Assembly: GCA_035368605.1 (NCBI GenBank)
Contig: DAOSLF010000006.1
Coordinates: 17,301-81,300, forward strand
DNA length: 64,000 bases
From: Candidatus Omnitrophota bacterium
GTDB taxonomy: Bacteria; Omnitrophota; Omnitrophia; Omnitrophales; Aquincolibacteriaceae
Direction of reading: 5' to 3'
The translations under genes were made by a program, and so were the position numbers. The notes under the pieces are model-generated. The model saw only the letters and a list, made by a program, of their open reading frames with translations. It was not told the origin of the DNA and searched no databases. This document shows positions 57,478-64,000 of the stretch, in pieces; positions within the stretch are counted from its first letter, which is position 1; each line of letters opens with the position of its first letter.

Positions 57478-57696
57478 GGGCGGAATCTCCTTAGTATTAA
57501 ACTAAAATGACATTTATATAACGGCTGTACTTTCTAAAGCTTGATAGTATTGGATCGCCCCTAGAGAACGGGCAGCAATATGAGCAGAAATCTCCCGGAA
57601 TGCCGCGAAAACGCGCGGAGCTTTAATGCGGGGTTATTCGGAATCATTAAACGAAAAATCCCCGCTGAGGGTCCCGCGAGGAAAAAGAAAGACGGA

Positions 57697-58650
57697 TCAG
57701 TGTCTTTCGAAGATCAGAAGGCGCTCGATGGGAACGATGCCTTTTACGTTCCGCATCCGGTCCGTAACGATGGCATAGGACTGCCGCTTCTGCTGGAGGG
57801 TTAAAAAGGCTTTTTCGATGGAGGTTTCCCCGGAGATAAAGACGGGAGCCCGGAGAAAATCGCGAAGTCCTTGAGCGCTTTCTCCCGCCCTGACCAGGTC
57901 AAAAACATAGATCATGCCTACGACGATCGACGGGATTTCCTCGTAAACGAGCATCATAAGCGATTTGTGCTCGCGGGCCAGATTCTTGACATCCTCGACC
58001 TTGCTGCGGATATCGACCATCGGGACCCGCTCCGCCGGGATCATGACGGAACAGACCTGAATCCTTTCAAAATCCAGGATCGTATGGATCAGCTTCTGTT
58101 CCTGGGCGCCGACCACCCCGCTCCGCGCGCTTTCCTCGATCAGGGACCGGAACGCTTCCTCGTTGACGAAGAGCTCCTCTTTTTGGTGTTTCTTGAGCGA
58201 CGGCCAGAGAAAACGTATCACGCTAAAAAAAACCAGAACCGGGAGATAGCACAGCTTCATAAAAAGCTGAAGCCAGAAGATCTGGTTTAAAAGATAAGGC
58301 ACGGCACGGAGCCTGGCGTAATCCTTTGGCACCATCTCTCCAAAGATAATCAGGATGGGTGCCACGACGGCAAGAACGATCCACTGGTTATGGATGCCGA
58401 ACTGGTGTTTCAGGAAATAAGCGAAGAGCGTAGTCGCGGTGATATTGACGACGTTGTGACCGATCAGGATCGCTGCAAGGAAATCCTGGGTCTTCTTCTG
58501 GAGCCCAACCACAGCCTGGGCCTTGCGATCCCCCTTTTCAGCCATATCCCGCAGCTGCAGTTTGTTAGAGGACACGAAAGCCATTTCGGAAGCCGAAAAA
58601 AACGCCGAAAGGCCGAGTGAAACAAGGAAGAGGACGGCGAGGCTGATCAC
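57697..58650 (-). CDS. CNNM/CorC-family transporter (DUF21 membrane domain plus a CBS pair)
   Basis: 317 aa with an N-terminal 4-TM DUF21 and tandem CBS domains. Confidence 0.8.
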   Translation of the reverse strand: MISLAVLFLVSLGLSAFFSASEMAFVSSNKLQLRDMAEKGDRKAQAVVGLQKKTQDFLAAILIGHNVVNITATTLFAYFLKHQFGIHNQWIVLAVVAPILIIFGEMVPKDYARLRAVPYLLNQIFWLQLFMKLCYLPVLVFFSVIRFLWPSLKKHQKEELFVNEEAFRSLIEESARSGVVGAQEQKLIHTILDFERIQVCSVMIPAERVPMVDIRSKVEDVKNLAREHKSLMMLVYEEIPSIVVGMIYVFDLVRAGESAQGLRDFLRAPVFISGETSIEKAFLTLQQKRQSYAIVTDRMRNVKGIVPIERLLIFERH

Positions 58651-59882
58651 GTCTTCCTCCTCACGAGAACATGCTGGATTCGATGCCGGATCATGCTCTG
58701 GATCACGAATTCAAAATCCTCCGTCTCATATTTCGCACCGTGGAGCGGAACGACCCCCATTTTTTCGAGCAGGAACCCTCCGACCGTCGAGGCATCTTCC
58801 GACGCAAGGCGCGAAAGGAAATATTCGTTGAAATCCTGCAGCGGGAGTTTGCCTTCGACCACGAACGTTCCCGTTTCGAGTTGCCGGATGGGTTGGTCCA
58901 CCTTGGCGTATTCGTCGTAGAACTCGCCAAAAATCTCCTCGAGCACATCCTCCTGCGTAACGATCCCGGCCGTCCCGCCGTACTCGTCGATACAGACCGC
59001 AAAACGCTCATTCTGCATGCGGAAGGTCTCGAGAAGATCGTCGATCCGCTTGCTTTCCGGAACGAAGAGAACCTTTCTCATAACTTCCCTGACGGGCAGT
59101 TTGGGTTCGAGCAGAAGGTAGTCGAGACACGTTACCGCGCCCAGGATATTGTCAAGCGACCCCTCGTAAACAGGCATGTGCCGGTAATGGTTCTTGCGGA
59201 TGGTCTCGGCGTGCATCTCCGCATCGCCAGCGATATCAAGACCGACCACATCAGTCCGCGGTGTCATGATATCCTTTACGGGCCGTTCGCCGAGGTCGAG
59301 AAGCTTTTGGATCATGAACCGTTCTTGTCCTCCCAGCACCCCTTCTTCTTCTCCGATCTTCACAAGCACCTTGAGTTCGCTTTCCGAGATTTTGTCGGAC
59401 TGGTCGATCTTCTCGCGCACAATCACCGAAAGGACTTTTTCGGTGACATACCGCATAAAGAGACGAAGGGGTGTAAAAACAAACGCAAAGAACTTGAGCG
59501 GCGGCGCCGTCAGAAGTGACAGCCGGACCTTGCTCCTCACCGCGATGATCTTCGGGAGTGTCTCGCAGGCAATGATGAAGATGACTGTGAAACCCGACAT
59601 GGCGATGCCGAGTTTTTCTTCTCCCAGATATTCGACAACAAGCAACGTGACCACCGCGGTCGCAAGGGTGTTCACGACGAGGTTCCCGATCAGAATGGTC
59701 CCAAGCGTGCGGCGGGGCTTTTCGAGCAATTCAAAAATCCATCTTGAGAGGCTGGGGAATTGTTCCTTGAGTTTACGACGATCCAGCTTGGACAGTGAGA
59801 AAAGCGCTGTCTCGGACGAAGAAAAGAACCCGGACAGCACAAAAAGCATGACCAGGGCCGCCAGATTAAGAGTCAGGTTCAT
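58647..59882 (-). CDS. CNNM/HlyC/CorC-family transporter (DUF21 plus CBS pair plus CorC_HlyC C-terminal domain)
   Basis: 411 aa; a tandem paralog of the downstream gene, joined by a 4-nt overlap. Confidence 0.8.
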   Translation of the reverse strand: MNLTLNLAALVMLFVLSGFFSSSETALFSLSKLDRRKLKEQFPSLSRWIFELLEKPRRTLGTILIGNLVVNTLATAVVTLLVVEYLGEEKLGIAMSGFTVIFIIACETLPKIIAVRSKVRLSLLTAPPLKFFAFVFTPLRLFMRYVTEKVLSVIVREKIDQSDKISESELKVLVKIGEEEGVLGGQERFMIQKLLDLGERPVKDIMTPRTDVVGLDIAGDAEMHAETIRKNHYRHMPVYEGSLDNILGAVTCLDYLLLEPKLPVREVMRKVLFVPESKRIDDLLETFRMQNERFAVCIDEYGGTAGIVTQEDVLEEIFGEFYDEYAKVDQPIRQLETGTFVVEGKLPLQDFNEYFLSRLASEDASTVGGFLLEKMGVVPLHGAKYETEDFEFVIQSMIRHRIQHVLVRRKT

Positions 59883-60448
59883 ATGTTATTCCCGTACAGG
59901 TGGTGCCTGCGGATATAGCGAGACACGCGCGGATCAAGGTCATCCGTTGCCAAGTCCCCTTTCCGGATCGAGGACGAAGAGACACGGCGGAGCCGCATGC
60001 GAATCCACGAAGTCTGCGTCCCCGCCTTTTTTACCGCTCGGATGCCGGATCTTTTTGCGATAAGAAAACGCGCCATCGCTTTGATCTCGCCCGAGTGATG
60101 CCAACGATCGAGGCCTTCATAAGAGTCCTGGCCAAGGATAAGATAAAATTGCGCCGCGGGATACTTTTTTTTCATCGCCCGAAGCGTCTTGTACGTGAAA
60201 GAAGGCCCCCGGCGCTTCATTTCGATGTCGGAAGGGACCATCTTCCGCGAAGGAGCAAGGGCCAACTTCAGCATGGCGAAGCGGTGACGCGCAGAAGCAC
60301 GGGGTCTGTGGCCTTTTTTGTGCGGAGGCCGGGCCGCAAGAACGAAGAAGACCTTGTCGAGCCTGAACTGACGAAGCGCGCAAAGCCCCATCGCAACATG
60401 GGCCTGATGAACCGGATCGAACGTGCCGCCAAGGATTCCGATCTTCAC
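59879..60448 (-). CDS. nadD: Nicotinate-nucleotide adenylyltransferase
   Basis: VKIGILGGTFDPVHQAHV... The start is placed at the GTG preceded by AGGAGG (9-nt spacing); the track ORF begins at 60769. Confidence 0.8.
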   Translation of the reverse strand: MKIGILGGTFDPVHQAHVAMGLCALRQFRLDKVFFVLAARPPHKKGHRPRASARHRFAMLKLALAPSRKMVPSDIEMKRRGPSFTYKTLRAMKKKYPAAQFYLILGQDSYEGLDRWHHSGEIKAMARFLIAKRSGIRAVKKAGTQTSWIRMRLRRVSSSSIRKGDLATDDLDPRVSRYIRRHHLYGNNI

Positions 60449-60566
60449 CCCGTTAGACCTCCTGATTTTTGTGGACGTTCGGAAAGAGCACCGACACGAA
60501 AGCCCGCGCGAACCCCAGCGCTTCCAGCAAGCGGAGAGATCGAACGGAATTCCTGCGCCCGGCTGT

Positions 60567-61829
60567 CTAGGTGCGGATCTGTCCCTTTCCTTCCACGATA
60601 TATTTGTAGGACGTGAGCCCTTCGAGCCCCATCGGGCCGCGGGCGTGGACCTTGTCGGTCGAAATTCCGATCTCGGCGCCAAAACCATATTCAAACCCGT
60701 CGGAAAAACGCGTGGAGGCGTTGACCATGACAGAGGACGAATCCACACGGGCCTTGAAAACATCAGCAACTCTCCTGTCTTCTGTCACGATCGCATCCGT
60801 ATGACGGGAGCCGTACCGTTCAATGTGATCGAGGGCCTCCCCGAGATTTTCCACGACCTTGACCGCGAGGACCCTGTCGAGAAATTCATGTCCGTAATCG
60901 GACGCCTTCGCGCGCACCGCATACGGAAGAATACGGCAAGTCGCGGCATCGCCGCGGATTTCACAGTTACCCTCTCGGAGGAGTGGACCAGCCTTCCGGA
61001 GAAATTTTTCGGCGATCACACGGTGGAGGAGGAGCGTCTCCATCGCGTTACAAACCCCCGGCCTCTGCAATTTCGCGTTGAGAGTGATCGGCACCGCCTT
61101 GGCAAGATCGGCCTTGCGATCGATATAAACATGACAGATACCCTGATAATGTTTCACGACAGGAATCCGGGAACGCTCGACCACGCGGCGGATCAGTTTT
61201 TCACCGCCCCGCGGGATCACGAGATCGATCTTCCCCTCCTGCGCGAGAAGATGATCAACAGCCGCGTAATCCACGGTCCGCACGAGATTCACCGCAGAGA
61301 CCGGCGCGCCGAATTTCCGGAGGGATGCATGGAAAATTTTCACAAAGGCACGGTTCGAGCTCATCGCCTCGCGTCCTCCGCGAAGGATCACGGCATTGGA
61401 ACTTTTAAGACAAAGCGAAGCGCATTCCACGGTCACGTTCGGACGGGACTCGTAAATGATAAAGATGACCCCAAGCGGCACCGCGACTTTTTTCAGGCGA
61501 AGCCCGTTCGGACGTGTCCACGCCGCGAGTATATGGCCGACGGGATCCTTGAGACCGGCAACCATCCGGACACCTTCCGCCATCGCGATAAGACGTTTTT
61601 CATTGAGCGCCAGACGGTCAACCATGGCCGGGGCCAGCCCTGCGGCGCGGGCTCGATGAACTTCTTTTTCGTTTTCGCGGAGGAGGTATTTCTTCTGCGA
61701 AAGAATCCGTCTCGATACGTCGAGCAGAAGCTTTTTTTTGAAATCACCGCTCCACTGCGCGGCTTCCCGAGAAGCGTCGCGGGCCTTTCCGACCATAACG
61801 TCGAGTTCCCGGAAGCCGGAGCTCTTCAT
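60567..61829 (-). CDS. proA: Gamma-glutamyl phosphate reductase
   Basis: About 420 aa aldehyde dehydrogenase-like ProA. Confidence 0.9.
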   Translation of the reverse strand: MKSSGFRELDVMVGKARDASREAAQWSGDFKKKLLLDVSRRILSQKKYLLRENEKEVHRARAAGLAPAMVDRLALNEKRLIAMAEGVRMVAGLKDPVGHILAAWTRPNGLRLKKVAVPLGVIFIIYESRPNVTVECASLCLKSSNAVILRGGREAMSSNRAFVKIFHASLRKFGAPVSAVNLVRTVDYAAVDHLLAQEGKIDLVIPRGGEKLIRRVVERSRIPVVKHYQGICHVYIDRKADLAKAVPITLNAKLQRPGVCNAMETLLLHRVIAEKFLRKAGPLLREGNCEIRGDAATCRILPYAVRAKASDYGHEFLDRVLAVKVVENLGEALDHIERYGSRHTDAIVTEDRRVADVFKARVDSSSVMVNASTRFSDGFEYGFGAEIGISTDKVHARGPMGLEGLTSYKYIVEGKGQIRT

Positions 61830-62944
61830 CGGCCACCCCACAGAACAAGATCATTGCGGTGAATGACTTCTGCGGAAGCCTTACGGCCAAGCAGTCCCGC
61901 GATCTTGTCCGTCCGTTTTCCCGCGATCAGGGAAAGGTCCCGGCTTCCATATTTCACGATGCCGCGGCCAAACACCTCGCCGTCTTCGGTCTGGAGCTCG
62001 ACGACCTGTCCTTCCCTGAAATCACCCTGGACTCGGGTAATCCCGCCCGGAAGCAGGCTCTTATGACCGACCAGAAGCGCTTGCCACGCACCGGCGTCGA
62101 CGGTCAGCATCCCATAACGGTGCGCCGAGAACGCGATCCATTTGTGGCGCTGGTCCTTTTTGACGCCGGACGGCATGAAAAGCGTCCCGATATCCCTGCC
62201 GGCGAGAATATCCCGGAGAATCCCGGGCTTATGACCGTTGACAATCATGAACGGAATGCCGAGTCTCATGGCGACGCGCGCCGCGACCAGCTTCGCGCGC
62301 ATCCCGCCGACGGTCTCTTCGCGCTTTTTTTCTGAAAGATGCATGAGCAACTTGTTGTCGATCTCGTCCTCGGAGGCCACTTCACGGACCCGTGTCCCGT
62401 CCTTCAGGAGGAACCCGTCCGCGTCGGAAAGATTTATCAGAAGGTCCGCGCCGACCAGATGGGCCACATGGACCGAGAGGATGTCGTTGTCCCCGAACGC
62501 GATCTCCTCGACCGCGACGGTGTCGTTCTCGTTGACGATGGGCAGGACGTTCATCTCGAGGAGCTTCTGCATGGCGTTGCGGGAGCAAAGGAAACGTTTG
62601 CGATCCTCGAGCCCGTCCCGGGTCAGAAGGACCTGGGCCGTCTGGATCTTTTTCTTCGAGAAATAGCTTTCGTAGGCGTGGATCAACTTTCCCTGTCCTA
62701 TCGCCGCGCAGGCCTGAAGTCCGGCCATTTCCTTCGGGCGCTTCTTGAGGCCGCAGGATTTCATCCCGTACGCGATGGCACCGGAGCTCACGACGACGGG
62801 CTGTTTTTTCATGCGGATCAGCGCGAGGATCTCACCGCAGACGCGCCGGTGTTCGGCGGAAGAGAAACTCTCACGGCTCGTTTTGAGGATGCTCGTTCCG
62901 ATCTTGATGACGATCCGTTTCGCGTTTTTGATGCGTTCAGGCAT
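61826..62944 (-). CDS. proB: Glutamate 5-kinase with a PUA domain
   Basis: 372 aa with an amino-acid kinase fold plus a C-terminal PUA domain. Confidence 0.9.
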   Translation of the reverse strand: MPERIKNAKRIVIKIGTSILKTSRESFSSAEHRRVCGEILALIRMKKQPVVVSSGAIAYGMKSCGLKKRPKEMAGLQACAAIGQGKLIHAYESYFSKKKIQTAQVLLTRDGLEDRKRFLCSRNAMQKLLEMNVLPIVNENDTVAVEEIAFGDNDILSVHVAHLVGADLLINLSDADGFLLKDGTRVREVASEDEIDNKLLMHLSEKKREETVGGMRAKLVAARVAMRLGIPFMIVNGHKPGILRDILAGRDIGTLFMPSGVKKDQRHKWIAFSAHRYGMLTVDAGAWQALLVGHKSLLPGGITRVQGDFREGQVVELQTEDGEVFGRGIVKYGSRDLSLIAGKRTDKIAGLLGRKASAEVIHRNDLVLWGGR

Positions 62945-63905
62945 TGCTTTCGCCCCCGGTCTGTTCCCTGACGAAATCCATAAGGGATTCTATCCCCTCG
63001 CCTGTCTTCGCGGAAATCAAAAAATAGACCTGCCCCAGGTTTTCCATTTCAGACTGTACTTGTCCCGGGTCCTCGGCAAGGTCGATCATATTCACAACAA
63101 CGGCGCTCGGTAACTGCGCGAACGCGGGATTGAATCCGCGAACAATCTCCGTCAGTGTCCGATACCCTTCCGTGAGGGAAACCGCGAACTGGTGCGGCGT
63201 ATCCAGCATATAGAGAACGACCTTGGCGCGTGCGAGATGTTTCAGGAAGTCCGTACCGAGCCCGTGGCCTTCCGTGGATCCTTTATAGATCGACGGCAAT
63301 TCGCAGAAGTTCACCTGCCTGTAATCCTCGGATTCATAAACACCGATCACGGGGCCCGTCGTTGAAAAGGGATATTCCTTTCCTTCCACATGCGCCTTGG
63401 TCAGCCGGTGAAGGAGCGTCGATTTTCCGGAGTTCGGAAGCCCGACCAGAAAAACATCGGCCGGGATCAGGTATTCCAGCATGATCTCGAACTTTTCGCC
63501 TTCTTCCCCCGGCAGGCTCTTCTTATCCCCGATATTCCCGGACCCGCCCTTGCCGCCACGCGCGACTATCACCTCTTCGCCGTCCTGGTTAAGATCCCGG
63601 ATTCCAAGGCGGCTGTCGCGGTGATAGATCGAGGTGCCTACAGGGACCTGAACGATGAGGTCCTCGCCGCAGGCACCGCGCTTGTTGTTAGCGCCGCCGT
63701 GGCTTCCCGCGGGGGCCAGAAGATGCTGTTTGACTTTCAACCGGTCAAGCCCGGGCGCATTGTGGGTGGCACGGAAAATCACATTCCCGCCGGCACCGCC
63801 ATCGGCTCCGTTCGGGATAACCTTCCGGTCGATACGGAAAAAATAGCTTTCGCATCCGTTGCCGCCGCGGCCGCCCTGCACCGTCAGGTGGATCTTATCG
63901 ATCAT
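62937..63905 (-). CDS. obg: GTPase Obg (short form)
   Basis: An Obg fold with GGRGGNG glycine-rich repeats plus a G domain (GLPNSGKST, DTPH). Confidence 0.9.
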   Translation of the reverse strand: MIDKIHLTVQGGRGGNGCESYFFRIDRKVIPNGADGGAGGNVIFRATHNAPGLDRLKVKQHLLAPAGSHGGANNKRGACGEDLIVQVPVGTSIYHRDSRLGIRDLNQDGEEVIVARGGKGGSGNIGDKKSLPGEEGEKFEIMLEYLIPADVFLVGLPNSGKSTLLHRLTKAHVEGKEYPFSTTGPVIGVYESEDYRQVNFCELPSIYKGSTEGHGLGTDFLKHLARAKVVLYMLDTPHQFAVSLTEGYRTLTEIVRGFNPAFAQLPSAVVVNMIDLAEDPGQVQSEMENLGQVYFLISAKTGEGIESLMDFVREQTGGESNA

Positions 63906-63930
63906 GGGTGAAGTCCCCTAAAAAGAAAAA

Positions 63931-63966
63931 GGCCAAAAAGCACCGGGATGCTTTTTAGCCTTTTTT
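63931..63966. terminator. Hairpin with T-tracts on both strands, upstream of obg (terminator or attenuator)
   Basis: GGCCAAAAAGCA-ccggga-TGCTTTTTAGCC followed by TTTTTT on the plus strand, and by TTTTTCTTTTT on the minus strand. Confidence 0.5.
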
Positions 63967-64000
63967 AACTGAAAACGAAGCTTAGCTCGGGATGATGTGA

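Overview
This is a 64 kb, high-GC (about 60%) bacterial chromosomal segment, with two lower-GC patches. About 60 genes are packed almost entirely on the minus strand; the only convincing plus-strand gene is a U32 peptidase at 47897..49714. The ORF track accepts GTG and TTG as starts; two of my coordinates did not reconcile with the track, so positions I derived by hand may be off by 1-2 nt.

Content from left to right:
- A low-GC type I restriction-modification island: partial hsdR, hsdS, an embedded AlbA_2/ATPase gene and a long hsdM, abutting tRNA-Arg(TCT).
- lpdA, prmA, a polysaccharide deacetylase, maf, and glgE-glgB (alpha-glucan synthesis via maltose-1-phosphate).
- tRNA-Pro(TGG), then the rod-shape cluster mreB-mreC-mreD-mrdA-rodA, then aroA.
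- An operon of one membrane/coiled-coil protein and two tandem paralogous small secreted proteins, then a SWIB-domain gene.
- nrdR, glyA, rpiB, a tsaC-LMW-PTP fusion, and a purine block (purE, purD, purM, purF, purS, purC, purB), then tRNA-Glu(CTC).
- xerD plus a secreted DUF1016_N-SNase nuclease, bracketed by copies of a palindromic repeat, then ligA.
- A metallophosphoesterase, acyP, a TrmH-family methyltransferase, an SDR, and small Lys-rich and Cys-rich proteins.
- A receiver / SAM-methyltransferase / 7TM-GAF histidine kinase / receiver operon that includes a low-GC mosaic block.
- A Sir2 deacetylase, a truncated DUF218 gene, the U32 peptidase, and tRNA-Pro(CGG) with an adjacent degenerate partial copy.
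- A dcw-cluster head (mraZ, STAS, rsmH, ftsL, ftsI) with MraZ boxes, then a zinc-ribbon coiled-coil protein.
- A three-gene translationally coupled operon (ParA-like ATPase fused to a CBM48 glycogen-binding domain, a Walker-A-dead ParA-like paralog, and a small unknown protein).
- Two CNNM/CorC transporters, nadD, proA, proB and obg.

The most promising candidate for an undescribed system is the ParA-CBM48 / pseudo-ParA / small-protein operon at 55053..57477. Secondary candidates are the receiver-methyltransferase-kinase-receiver module, the paralogous small secreted protein operon, and the repeat-flanked xerD-nuclease unit. I cannot place the lineage with confidence; it looks like a diderm bacterium.
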